This document shows positions 1-9,612 of a stretch of DNA of 64,000 bases, one piece after another. Origin of the DNA: a virus; IMG/VR virus record IMGVR_UViG_3300030329_005813, positions 96,001 through 160,000 of that record; one strand, given 5' to 3'. Made by a program: the position numbers and the translations under genes. Positions within the stretch are counted from its first letter, which is position 1. Each line of letters starts with the position of its first letter. The notes beneath the pieces were generated by a model that saw only the letters and a list, made by a program, of their open reading frames with translations, did not search any database and was not told the DNA's origin.

Positions 1-52
1 TTTCAAGCTCTTCCTTGATAATCTGTTTAAGTTGTGTCTTTGTTAATTTCAT
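1..52 (-). CDS. Partial (3'-truncated) small protein of the MKITK..KEEL family
   Basis: Hand translation from ATG at 52: MKLTKTQLKQIIKEELE; ATG overlaps the TGA of 49..318 (ATGA); runs off the window. Confidence 0.85.
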   Translation of the reverse strand, partial: MKLTKTQLKQIIKEELE

Positions 53-318
53 TTTAACTCTCCTCGCTCTTCCATCGAATACGCGATGGCGGCTGCTTGT
101 TCTTTGGATTTTCCCTCATCACCAATTAGCTTTGCAATTTTCTTGGAAACTCTTTCTTGACCGACTTTGCTTACCTTGGTCTTTTTTTCATCTTCGTCTA
201 ACTCATTCAGCAAATCTTCAACTTCTTCGCCAAACAGTTCACCCGCCTCTTCATTGGTAAGAACAACTTCTAACTCTTCTTTGATCAGTTTTTTAAGTTG
301 TGCTTTGGTGATCTTCAT
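49..318 (-). CDS. Small acidic protein, MKITK..KEEL N-terminal family (putative head/internal protein)
   Basis: N-terminus MKITKAQLKKLIKEEL shared with neighbours; GGAG upstream; Glu-rich. Confidence 0.8.
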   Translation of the reverse strand: MKITKAQLKKLIKEELEVVLTNEEAGELFGEEVEDLLNELDEDEKKTKVSKVGQERVSKKIAKLIGDEGKSKEQAAAIAYSMEERGELK

Positions 319-374
319 TTTTAGTATTCTTCTCCATATTGTTCACGCTCACTGGGAGCACTCGTAAGACCCTT

Positions 375-608
375 TTAGCGCCCCAGAGCAAGCACCTCAA
401 GACGATACGCCGCAGCACCGAGATATCTATTCAATTCGCGATCATCAATGATTTCAGCTAATTTGTTCTTAATATCTCTAAGTTGTTTTAACAATTCTAC
501 TTTTGTTGTATCGCGCCCTGCCGATGCATCAGCCGGCTGCGGACCCTCGCTTATTTTTTCTAACTCTTCTTTGATGATCTGTTTAAGTTGTGCTTTTGTA
601 ATTTCCAT
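375..608 (-). CDS. Small protein, MKITK..KEEL family
   Basis: MEITKAQLKQIIKEELE N-terminus; unrelated C-terminus. Confidence 0.8.
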   Translation of the reverse strand: MEITKAQLKQIIKEELEKISEGPQPADASAGRDTTKVELLKQLRDIKNKLAEIIDDRELNRYLGAAAYRLEVLALGR

Positions 609-611
609 TTT

Positions 612-953
612 TTACTGATCCTTTTTGTAGTCGCCCAAAGCAAGAGCCAAGGCGCCGGCCAATGAATTAAGTTCAGCTGACCTCTCTTCACGCGGCATTC
701 CACTAAGTGTATTAAGAAGCATCATCATAATTGCCCCGCCATCAGGTCTTATTTTATTTAGGGTCGCAACAAGATCATCAATCGATATATGCGTAGGATT
801 TTCATCTTTTTGTTCTGGTGCGGCCGTCGAAGAAAATAGATCTGGAGTTCCACTAACCGCTGGGTCTCTACCTTGTGAAAAATCCAAAGGAGATAACGCT
901 TCTTGAACCTCTTGTATAATCATTCGCTTGACGTCTTCCATTGTTATTTTCAT
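612..953 (-). CDS. Small protein, divergent MKIT..IxE family member
   Basis: MKITMEDVKRMIIQEVQEAL; AGGAG RBS; ACTATTTA motif at 989-996. Confidence 0.75.
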   Translation of the reverse strand: MKITMEDVKRMIIQEVQEALSPLDFSQGRDPAVSGTPDLFSSTAAPEQKDENPTHISIDDLVATLNKIRPDGGAIMMMLLNTLSGMPREERSAELNSLAGALALALGDYKKDQ

Positions 954-964
954 TTGGTTATCTC

Positions 965-1894
965 CTAGATTGCCGAAAGCCTTTGCAGTAAATAGTTTTC
1001 TTTTTCAATAGGAGAAGCTTTTTTCTTTCTTAAATCGAACTCACTTTTTGTCATTTCGCCGACGTCTTCAAAATTAGACGTATCAACTTTATAAACCTCA
1101 ACATTATAGGACAAAAAAAGATTTGCTATTTGTCTTTCTTTGTTTTCTGCATCATCGTCAAGAGCAAGATAAACCTTTTGGCCGCTTTTAACAATGGCCT
1201 CAAATAACTTACTGTTTGGCCTAAGAGTTGAACCAAGAAGTGGTATGGCATTTCCTGCCTTAATGGCGTCAAAAACACCCTCTACAATAATAATATCCTT
1301 GTTCCAATCAATATAAAGATCATTAAAAATAATATTACGGCTAGCTGGGGGATTCTTATACCTTGGCCATTCATTTCCATACGAACGCGCAATAAAATAA
1401 TTTACATATCCATTAGAGTTGAAAGAAGGAATAACAACTCGACCAGCGTATTCTCCCTCCATACAATAGCCTATCTTCCACTTGAGAATGTCGGCTCTAT
1501 CAATTCCTCTTTTTTTAAGATAGTTTAAAGCCCTCAAAGAAGCTCGTGACGGCTTCTTATCCGTTAGGCTAGCAAACCCCTGCGGAAGTTCAACGCGTTG
1601 CTCTATGGGCGCTTCAGGCTCCTTAAAAAGGAAGTCAAAGTCAGTGATCTCAACTTGGTCTTCAAACTTGGACCATTCGTCTCGATCTTGGCGTGTGCCA
1701 AACTTTCGGACGATATAGCCTAAATTTCGTCCGGACTTATCGCAAATCCAACATTTAAAGACGCTTTTATCAACATTTACAGAAAGCTTCTTTTTGTGAT
1801 GATCGCAGAATGGACAGTGAAAAAGATACTCACCACCTGACGCGTAGCCAGATCCGAGAACGTTTTTTATGATTTTAAGCTTTTCTGCTCGCAT
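965..1894 (-). CDS. Phage DNA primase (Zn finger + TOPRIM)
   Basis: CPFCDH...CWIC zinc finger, YLKKRGI, TOPRIM motifs IVEGVFDA and LALDDD. Confidence 0.92.
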   Translation of the reverse strand: MRAEKLKIIKNVLGSGYASGGEYLFHCPFCDHHKKKLSVNVDKSVFKCWICDKSGRNLGYIVRKFGTRQDRDEWSKFEDQVEITDFDFLFKEPEAPIEQRVELPQGFASLTDKKPSRASLRALNYLKKRGIDRADILKWKIGYCMEGEYAGRVVIPSFNSNGYVNYFIARSYGNEWPRYKNPPASRNIIFNDLYIDWNKDIIIVEGVFDAIKAGNAIPLLGSTLRPNSKLFEAIVKSGQKVYLALDDDAENKERQIANLFLSYNVEVYKVDTSNFEDVGEMTKSEFDLRKKKASPIEKENYLLQRLSAI

Positions 1895-2397
1895 ATTACC
1901 CCCGCCTTAGCAATCACAAGTGAGTCTGCTCTATCATAAGACTCAGGCTTTGGATTGCCGTGACGAGTATAATCTATCACGAAACTGGGTTCGTTGTCAA
2001 GTAAAAACTTCAAAACAACTGGTTTCGCTTTTTCGCCCCTAGGGATCTTGATGCCGCATAGTTTTCGAGCAGACGTTGCCGCGATATACTCTGGCTTAAT
2101 CTTAAAGTTATCAAAAACAAGCCAAGATATAATACCGTTAAAGCGAGACAGAGTTGAAAGAGTTTTTGCAGATGAAAAACCTGAACGGAACGATTGTAAC
2201 GATTGTTCAATATAGACTGCGACAATTTGCTTCCCATATTGCTTATGGATGTCTTCCAGGCCAGATTTAACATACATTACCTTTTCAAAAAAATCTTTAT
2301 ACTTTCTTGTATCCCAAGCACCGTTGAGGATTATTTTGTCTCCATCAAGGAGTGTATAGCCAGTTATACTGGTCGAAATGTCTAAACCTAAAATCAT
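1867..2397 (-). CDS. ruvC: RuvC-like Holliday junction resolvase
   Basis: ILGLDISTSITG, YIEQ and DRADS acidic catalytic pattern of the RuvC/RNase H fold. Confidence 0.85.
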   Translation of the reverse strand: MILGLDISTSITGYTLLDGDKIILNGAWDTRKYKDFFEKVMYVKSGLEDIHKQYGKQIVAVYIEQSLQSFRSGFSSAKTLSTLSRFNGIISWLVFDNFKIKPEYIAATSARKLCGIKIPRGEKAKPVVLKFLLDNEPSFVIDYTRHGNPKPESYDRADSLVIAKAGVICEQKSLKS

Positions 2398-2402
2398 ATA
2401 TA

Positions 2403-3617
2403 CTATATATCAAGCTTAAGTTTAAATGTCAAGTCTCTATCTTCAGTTTTCTTAACTGGGGTGGCGACAGTGGCAATACCAATCACATTTTTATATTGAT
2501 CATAGATGGCGACTTTACTAATATAAGTAATTTTTTGGAAACTAGCCGTTGGTTCATTATACGAAGCACTCACGGTGTTTTTAATAATTGCGTCGCGCTC
2601 CACGTACTGATACGTACCGGTCATAGGGTTAGCAAACGAAGCGCTACTTTCCTGATCAATAAAAGTTGGATTATTCGAATAGTTTAGTTCACCTCGGGGG
2701 GCGTGAGCCATCATTGTAACATTTGGAACATAGTGAGTTCCGGAGAAAGCCATATAAAAACTAGCTGATGCTCTTGTTTGTGTTGAGGCTGTTTCACCTG
2801 ACGAGCCGGTAACACCATCGTTGGCACCGACACCAAAGTGAATCCATTTGGCAGAATCGACAGTTGTTCCGCCGGTATACTTTAATTGTCGATCATTAAT
2901 CGCCCAAGCTCCTGTTAAACACAAGAACCCTTCATTATAAAGTGCAACACCAGCAACTGAACCAGAATTTGGGGCGCCGTATGGGGCAACTTGTATAAGC
3001 TCTCCGTTTCTATTTACATCTCTTAACTGCCCAACCATTGTACCGGTTACATAAAATCTTAAATCAATGCTTCCTTTTTTAATAGAGGAGCCATAAAAGA
3101 TTGATGGAATCTCAACTAAGCCAAGTGCTTGAGAAGCCTTGTTGCCCATAGATGAAGAAAATTGATAATGCTTGCTGAGGGGTGTATAATGGTTTAATGT
3201 ATTCTTTAACGCGTCGACGTGTTTTCTTGTTGCGCTGGCAGCATAATAGCTTTTCTTGATTGATGCCGTTAGAGGATAGGAGCCGGTTATTTTTGCTCCA
3301 TAAGAAAACTGTGTCCTGTAATCGGAGTCTGATATGGTGCCTTTAGCACCACGAGCTATTACCTCAACTTCTCCACCCTTTGTTATTAAAGGGTATACCA
3401 GACCAGTATCGCCCGAAAGGCGATCAACATTTAGCTCATATAAGTTTATAAACCCAGGGCTTACGTTTGGTACACTTGGAGTAAATGAGCCTGACTTAAG
3501 AGAACGGTTGTTAAAATAGACTACAGAATCATAAATAAAAAATTCGTATTGTGGATGAGTCTTGAGACGATTATAAAACAAATCATCCGAAGCGAATTTG
3601 TATAAATTCGTGGGCAT
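2403..3617 (-). CDS. Virion structural (tail/baseplate) protein
   Basis: C-terminal ..NYSNNPTF..TYISKVAIYDQYKNVIGIA.. domain paralogous to 3633..4715; lies in structural module; GGAGGAG RBS. Confidence 0.7.
   Translation of the reverse strand: MPTNLYKFASDDLFYNRLKTHPQYEFFIYDSVVYFNNRSLKSGSFTPSVPNVSPGFINLYELNVDRLSGDTGLVYPLITKGGEVEVIARGAKGTISDSDYRTQFSYGAKITGSYPLTASIKKSYYAASATRKHVDALKNTLNHYTPLSKHYQFSSSMGNKASQALGLVEIPSIFYGSSIKKGSIDLRFYVTGTMVGQLRDVNRNGELIQVAPYGAPNSGSVAGVALYNEGFLCLTGAWAINDRQLKYTGGTTVDSAKWIHFGVGANDGVTGSSGETASTQTRASASFYMAFSGTHYVPNVTMMAHAPRGELNYSNNPTFIDQESSASFANPMTGTYQYVERDAIIKNTVSASYNEPTASFQKITYISKVAIYDQYKNVIGIATVATPVKKTEDRDLTFKLKLDI
2404..2432 (-). promoter_or_regulatory. Candidate sigma70-type promoter, possibly leaderless, for ruvC-primase
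   Basis: TTGACA (2432-2427), 17 nt, TG-n-TATATA (2409-2404); ATG at 2397 sits at the expected +1; no SD. Confidence 0.5.
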
Positions 3618-3632
3618 GCCCCACTCCTCCCT

Positions 3633-4715
3633 TTAGTAGTCCAGTCTAACGCGCAATGTAAGTTCGTTTGAAGGAGTTTTCTTAAGGGGCTCGGACAATT
3701 TGGCAACGGCTAACAATTCTTTATCAGCGGAATACAGTCCAATCGTTGTTATGTATGCAACCGGCTGATCTCTAGAAACCTCTTTTACTCTGATCTTACT
3801 TCCACTTAAATAAGTCGGATTTGAACTATAGTTAAAATCACCGTGGTTAGCACGGCAGAAGTAGATTGTACTATTAAGTTCTGTTGTATTGTTGAACTCA
3901 ATGTTAATCAGTCGTGTTCGGAAACCATCAGCAGAGGCTGAAATAGCTGTACCTGACATCACCGTATTAATATTTCTTGTGTCGGCTGATGTCGCCGAAG
4001 AGCCAAAGCTTGATCCGAAGTCGTTAGCGGCTGATGAGGTAAAAACTGATGCGGTGAGTACGCAGATTCCCGCTTGGTAATAAAGCAGCCCAACGCCAGA
4101 CTCTTCATTTGGGGTTGCAGAACTTGTATATAAAATTCCATATTCGCCAGCAGGTGAGTTGACCTTGTAAGAGGTATCCGCACCATAATCGCCAACGGTC
4201 ATAGAATTTAAGAAACGAGAGTTCCCTGCCGTACCACCAGTAGCAAATGACATTCTAAAAGTATTTTTTTGAATCTCATCTTTGGTAAGAAGACGCGCAA
4301 AAGATAAGAAAAAAGCTTCTTTAATTTTGTTGCCGCCTGTCAAGTCTCCATCACGATCAAACTGTCGGACAGCACCAGTATGGTCAAATCCGACAAGCAT
4401 CTGAGCCATCTGATTGTAGATGTTAATTTTTTTGGATTGCATCTGTTGAGCCAATGGAGATGAATTGGACATAGCAGAGTCGGCGGGGTACCCAACCGTA
4501 ATATCAAAAATATGGTTGGCTGAGGAACTTAAGTAAGGATAATCATAAACCGATTGAAACATACCATGGCTATAGTTTTTAATATTTGTTTCATTGGTTG
4601 TACCTTCGACGTAAGTACCAGAGACAATTGATCCAGTAATCGGAATCACCTCGTGCAGAAGTGTTCGCGTTGTTGCTAAATCATTATTGCTAAAAGTTTT
4701 ATATGTAGATGCCAT
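3633..4715 (-). CDS. Virion structural (tail/baseplate) protein
   Basis: C-terminal FNYSSNPTY..YITTIGLYSADKELLAVAKLSEP, resembling the C-terminal half of tail-collar fibre domains. Confidence 0.7.
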   Translation of the reverse strand: MASTYKTFSNNDLATTRTLLHEVIPITGSIVSGTYVEGTTNETNIKNYSHGMFQSVYDYPYLSSSANHIFDITVGYPADSAMSNSSPLAQQMQSKKINIYNQMAQMLVGFDHTGAVRQFDRDGDLTGGNKIKEAFFLSFARLLTKDEIQKNTFRMSFATGGTAGNSRFLNSMTVGDYGADTSYKVNSPAGEYGILYTSSATPNEESGVGLLYYQAGICVLTASVFTSSAANDFGSSFGSSATSADTRNINTVMSGTAISASADGFRTRLINIEFNNTTELNSTIYFCRANHGDFNYSSNPTYLSGSKIRVKEVSRDQPVAYITTIGLYSADKELLAVAKLSEPLKKTPSNELTLRVRLDY

Positions 4716-4726
4716 TACTTACCTTC

Positions 4727-5626
4727 CTATACCTTTTTAATAAATCTGACGGGAATATCAACTCTATACCCAGTTCTTTGACCGGTCACTCTTACAAACG
4801 TGTCGATTATATTACATGACACAGTTTCAATTGTTTTTGTAGAACCCAACTTAGTAAACAAATAAGTGCTTGATTCTAAATCAATTGAAGCTTTAATTTT
4901 GAATTGCAACATAGACCCTCTTGCACCAGCAATTACCTGCTGTGCTGTAACAACAGAAGTGTCTGGATTTGTTCGTACAAACCCGGGATTGCTATCAAGA
5001 GTAAGAAAATAACTGGCAATATTATCGTCGTCAATAAAAGAAACAGCAGCAGGCGATGTTCCATCTGCCGAATAAATTGTTCCCAAGCGATTATCAATCT
5101 CAATAATATATTGGGTCTCTAACAAGGAGCCGGCCAATGTTCTGTTGGCCGGTACAGCACTATTATCAATACCTTGATCTAATCTAAATCTTTTAGAATC
5201 AGCTAAATTTTCACCGTTGAAAATTCCAACGACATTATTTAAATTAGAATCATCTCTAGCTGTATTTTTGTCGACGGCGACTACAAATATATTATCTGTA
5301 GCGTAGCGCTTGCTATCGTTAGAAAATGATTCATTGAGCTTAACAACCGGCAAGTATAGAAGGCTTGGATTTGGAATTGTAATCAGCTTAGACTTCATAG
5401 AAGAAGCATTATTTGTAAAAGCCTCTAAGACCGGCGTTTGTAAAATCGATAAATCCTCATATCCACTAGAGGTAACCGCCGTATAGTTTGAGTAATCAAT
5501 CTCGTCGTCACCTAAAGCAAAAGAAACAATTCTAAAACTACCGTCACCCTTTGCTAATCTCATCCTTCCTGTGTCAGTTAATACAGCGTCCAGTATGATG
5601 TCGCCGCTATTATCTAAAAAAGCCAT
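4727..5626 (-). CDS. Virion structural protein (tail-collar-like N-terminus)
   Basis: DAVLTDTGRMRLA..FRIVSFALGDDEIDY N-terminal motif; AGGAG RBS; two ACTATTTA motifs upstream. Confidence 0.7.
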   Translation of the reverse strand: MAFLDNSGDIILDAVLTDTGRMRLAKGDGSFRIVSFALGDDEIDYSNYTAVTSSGYEDLSILQTPVLEAFTNNASSMKSKLITIPNPSLLYLPVVKLNESFSNDSKRYATDNIFVVAVDKNTARDDSNLNNVVGIFNGENLADSKRFRLDQGIDNSAVPANRTLAGSLLETQYIIEIDNRLGTIYSADGTSPAAVSFIDDDNIASYFLTLDSNPGFVRTNPDTSVVTAQQVIAGARGSMLQFKIKASIDLESSTYLFTKLGSTKTIETVSCNIIDTFVRVTGQRTGYRVDIPVRFIKKV

Positions 5627-5642
5627 AGTATTCTCCTGTATA

Positions 5643-5670
5643 TAAATAGTTCTTTCAATATCTAAATAGT
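5643..5670 (-). promoter_or_regulatory. Tandem ACTATTTA motifs, candidate phage late promoter
   Basis: Two copies (5643-5650, 5663-5670) in a 61-nt intergenic gap; same motif recurs upstream of many genes. Confidence 0.6.
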
Positions 5671-5687
5671 CAAGTTAAATAATTTAT

Positions 5688-8600
5688 TTATGAATATCCG
5701 CCGCCGCGGGACGGTGAGCCACTAAGTCTACGCTCTTGAGCAGTTGGCTGTGTGCCCTCAGCTCTTTCAAAACCCTGCTCGGTTAGGTTTGGCCCCGCTT
5801 TAGCTTCTGTGCCCCTTTGATTTTGAAGGCGACGGCTTCGGCCAATCTCTCCTAGGGCACGATTAAATCCTAATTCTTCTAGAACTCCTGTTTTTGGAAT
5901 TACTAAACCTTCATTTTCTTTTGGCTCTTGAAAATTAGTAACTTCTGGTGAGCAAAGCACCTCGGGGTTTTCTAGATGTTCGGTCTTAAAGTTAAGGTTT
6001 ATATCTACCATTCTTTTTGTTTTGCTAGATGTTAAGCGAAGTTTAAATTTCTTGCCCCACAGTTTTTGATCTCTAGCACCCAGTTTAATATCTCCGTCAG
6101 CAGCCGTTGCGCTAAAAGCCTCAGTTAAGTTAGAGCTTTTTGTATCGACAATCGACTGCAAATATTCTGGTCTGACCTGAATTAAACGCTCGGCTGATTT
6201 ATCTAAATCAACTGGCATTGGTTCGTCCGGCTCGTATATATTTACTAATGGGTACACTGCCCCGTCTGAGTCGACCACCTCCACTTCATATATAGGAGTA
6301 GGGTTGGAAACGTGTCCATGGACATCAACAGATCTAAAAATGTAATAATATTTTGTATTCGGAAGCACTTTCTCCACAAATGAAATAGCATCAACTTGTT
6401 GGCCTGGACGATCTTTAACCCGGGCAAGAATAGTTTTTACCGATGCATTTGCAAAATCTGTATACCTCTTCGGTCTTCTAGTGAGTGTTCGGACTTCAAA
6501 TTGTTGGACTGGATCGTCAGAAGAAAATTTAATTGTGCCGTCTTTTGATTTTTGTGCTCGCATTAGCGCGCTAAAAGACCTTGTATCTTGTGGTGTAATA
6601 GGTACTGGACGGTCATAATAATCACCGAGGCCGGCGCCGACCAGAAATAATAATTCGTTATTAACTGCTCTATATGGTGCTATTTCTACATCTGGCCCAA
6701 CAGGATGAGTATCTACTGCTTTGCCGGACCACATCATGTAAGGTATTTGATGAACCTTTAACGATGGAATAGTTGTTGCCAAAAACGTTTCTCTACAAGG
6801 CTCTGGGGGTGGGCACTCACACATTATTTCTGGTGTTTCACGGCCCAAGTAAACTGCCTCTAGAGACGAATTGGCAAACTTAACTTTATCTCCCATAGTG
6901 CGAGTCGTTTGACTATAAGTTTTGCCTTGTTCCCAATGGTCTGGGCAGCTTTGAATGCCGAATCGACCAACTTTAAAATTTGTTTTATTTGTAGACGGCA
7001 ACTGTATATTAGCTTTTTTTAATTTTGCTTTGAAAAGAGCACTAGAGCGACCGGGAACAACTTGTGCCTCCAGATCTTTTCTCAAACGCGCAAAGACAGT
7101 ACAGGCTTTAGTCTTATCGGGTGGTGTTGATGGCGGGGGTACATTTTCAAAAACTTCTTCAACCGTCCAGACAGTAGAAGGAGGAAGGTAATGATCGCAA
7201 TAAGATATAAATACAAATTCATACTCGCGAGTTGTTTGAACTTGTGGATTCAGCATTGCAGGAGAATTTGGATCTGGGCTGGTTCCGGGTGGACACACCT
7301 CAACGGTACCGGTAGTATTAGGTTCTTCTATTATAACTCGCCTAGATCTTTGAGCTATAATTATACCAGTGCCCTGCGTTTTAAAAGAGGGATCAAAGCG
7401 CTTTACATACTGGGCGACGCGTTGATATTTTTCATAATCTGATAGATTTTGATTTTGTATAATGCCGCCAATTGGCCTAACTTCATCTAGCGTATAAGGC
7501 CCAGACATGTCTACATTTCCAGGCTCAACAAGATCACAAGGCACTGGTTCTGGTTTTTTACTAAACTGTGAATAGAAGTACTCTGTTCCAACAGAAAGTT
7601 CATAGGCAGTTACTAAATATGTGTATTCTTTATTATACTTAATCTGAGTGTCAACATATTCCACTATGTCAATTGTATTAGAGTTTGGAATCCAAACATT
7701 TTGTATTGGTTGAATATTTTCTTGCTCAATAATATTAAACATTTCCTCTAAATTAATTGAAACATCAGATACATCAACTGGAGTTTCGCTTAGATTAGAA
7801 CTGCCAGGTGATCGTGTTCTAAGATTATGCCCAGTCGAATTAAAAGTCTCAGTTGCTTGAAGATTGGACCCTATTGACCGAGATGTTGTTGCACCGGTAG
7901 TGGTATCATTTTGCTGGTCTAGTGTGCTTCTAGTATCAATTACAGATCTAATATCACTAGTAGAATACTTAGATATTCTATACGCAATTGTTTCTGAATG
8001 GGGCGTGTCGCCTCTCATCATCTCTTGATAAGAACGTAAGTGTAGCTTAGATATGTTATTTAATTTTCCAGATAATATTAAATAATTGGCCAAAAGAGAC
8101 ATTTTTTGCTGGTATAGATTACCTCGCAAAGCAACATCTATTGAATCATTTGTGTTTCCTAAGAATATATGATCACCAGGAAGTGGAACGACCGAAGGTG
8201 GTATATCTGGCAAGCTCATTAGCCACTGATACAGATCAAATGTAACTAAGTTTCTAGAATATGGTCCAGACGGAACAGACTGCTCTGTATCAATTGTCGA
8301 TTGAAGTCTTTTTGCAAATCTAAAATTTAATGGTGCTTGGCCTTCTTCGCGAGGAATTCTTGTATCTTTAAGTGTTGACTCTGTGTAAGCTCTAGAAGAT
8401 GTATTGCCCTCAGGCGGGGTAACCAAAACTTGACCCTCTGAGAGTCTTCTAAGCATCATAGCTTCCATCTTGGAATCTTCCAAGGAGTCGGCTACAAAAG
8501 TATTTCTATCAGTACCAAAAGAAAGCTTGGCATCCATCGGAAACGAGGTTGCGTATATATTTTGGTTTTGCATAAATGGTAGCTGCCTAGCAGATATTAA

Positions 8601-9602
8601 ATAATCTTTATAGCTTCTTTGCAAAAACAGTTTGGAAAATTCTTTAAATCTACATTTAACATTATTTTGTAAATACACTACGTAGGGCACGGTACCGTCT
8701 TGGGCAGACGTAAAGTATAGATTTGGAATTTTTACTTCTGGCACCTTTGGGCTTAGAAGCCTTTCGTACTCTTCCATAAAAAAGTTATAATTAAATGATA
8801 AATCCGACTGTAAAGCTTTTTCTTTCCCTTCAAGTTGCTGGCTTTCTATTTCTGACAGAGGGGCGGCAACTTGAAACCAGATATCTCTAAAAAGTCTAAT
8901 TCCACCTGGCACAGGAGGACGTTGAATCATATAAATACTGTCTTCGGCGGCAGAATTATTGTCTACCTGACCTATTAAAGATAATAGGCCGCTGGATGCC
9001 ATCATGCTATCTAAGTTTTGTTCTGATACTGCGCCTTGGCCCCCGCAGGAAGATCTTGCAAAAAATGGATCTCTTAATTGCTTTATAGCGCCGCTAAATA
9101 AAGCTTTTTTATAGTTTTTAACGCGACGATCTGAGATTTTTTTCAATACTTCTGTTGGGCTACCTACACTAAAATGGTCGGTAAAATATCTTTCTAGATA
9201 TGAATCCCAATCAACACAATCTCCCTCGGAACTTGCTGATTCGCCAGATGGTGGTGTTGGCATAACAGGAGAGTTAGGGTCCGGATTGGAAGTAGCGCCG
9301 TCAAGAGTTATATATTCACTGCCGGCTGAGGCGGCGGGAACTATCGGAAACGCACCCTTATTGGCAGTAATAGATACTACTTGAGTTTTAACTGGTAGTG
9401 AAATACCATGAAAATAATCTTGCTCCCATTCTATAATAGGACCATAAGCCATATTAAATGGCTTTGGGTTAACTTCGTAACCATACTGTAGGCCCATATT
9501 TCTGCTCTCAACCCAAGCTCGGCCTTGTGTATTTCGAAAATTATCAGCGGTTAATGATTCACTGCATTGATGTACATAGATATATTTTTTTGATAAGCTC
9601 AT
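5688..9602 (-). CDS. Large hypothetical virion protein (1304 aa) with Ig/FN3-like segments
   Basis: YVDTQIKYNKEYTYLVTAY and PNTKYYYIFRSVD..SNPT resemble FN3 C-terminal strands; structural context. Confidence 0.6.
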   Translation of the reverse strand: MSLSKKYIYVHQCSESLTADNFRNTQGRAWVESRNMGLQYGYEVNPKPFNMAYGPIIEWEQDYFHGISLPVKTQVVSITANKGAFPIVPAASAGSEYITLDGATSNPDPNSPVMPTPPSGESASSEGDCVDWDSYLERYFTDHFSVGSPTEVLKKISDRRVKNYKKALFSGAIKQLRDPFFARSSCGGQGAVSEQNLDSMMASSGLLSLIGQVDNNSAAEDSIYMIQRPPVPGGIRLFRDIWFQVAAPLSEIESQQLEGKEKALQSDLSFNYNFFMEEYERLLSPKVPEVKIPNLYFTSAQDGTVPYVVYLQNNVKCRFKEFSKLFLQRSYKDYLISARQLPFMQNQNIYATSFPMDAKLSFGTDRNTFVADSLEDSKMEAMMLRRLSEGQVLVTPPEGNTSSRAYTESTLKDTRIPREEGQAPLNFRFAKRLQSTIDTEQSVPSGPYSRNLVTFDLYQWLMSLPDIPPSVVPLPGDHIFLGNTNDSIDVALRGNLYQQKMSLLANYLILSGKLNNISKLHLRSYQEMMRGDTPHSETIAYRISKYSTSDIRSVIDTRSTLDQQNDTTTGATTSRSIGSNLQATETFNSTGHNLRTRSPGSSNLSETPVDVSDVSINLEEMFNIIEQENIQPIQNVWIPNSNTIDIVEYVDTQIKYNKEYTYLVTAYELSVGTEYFYSQFSKKPEPVPCDLVEPGNVDMSGPYTLDEVRPIGGIIQNQNLSDYEKYQRVAQYVKRFDPSFKTQGTGIIIAQRSRRVIIEEPNTTGTVEVCPPGTSPDPNSPAMLNPQVQTTREYEFVFISYCDHYLPPSTVWTVEEVFENVPPPSTPPDKTKACTVFARLRKDLEAQVVPGRSSALFKAKLKKANIQLPSTNKTNFKVGRFGIQSCPDHWEQGKTYSQTTRTMGDKVKFANSSLEAVYLGRETPEIMCECPPPEPCRETFLATTIPSLKVHQIPYMMWSGKAVDTHPVGPDVEIAPYRAVNNELLFLVGAGLGDYYDRPVPITPQDTRSFSALMRAQKSKDGTIKFSSDDPVQQFEVRTLTRRPKRYTDFANASVKTILARVKDRPGQQVDAISFVEKVLPNTKYYYIFRSVDVHGHVSNPTPIYEVEVVDSDGAVYPLVNIYEPDEPMPVDLDKSAERLIQVRPEYLQSIVDTKSSNLTEAFSATAADGDIKLGARDQKLWGKKFKLRLTSSKTKRMVDINLNFKTEHLENPEVLCSPEVTNFQEPKENEGLVIPKTGVLEELGFNRALGEIGRSRRLQNQRGTEAKAGPNLTEQGFERAEGTQPTAQERRLSGSPSRGGGYS

Positions 9603-9612
9603 CTATTTGGCC

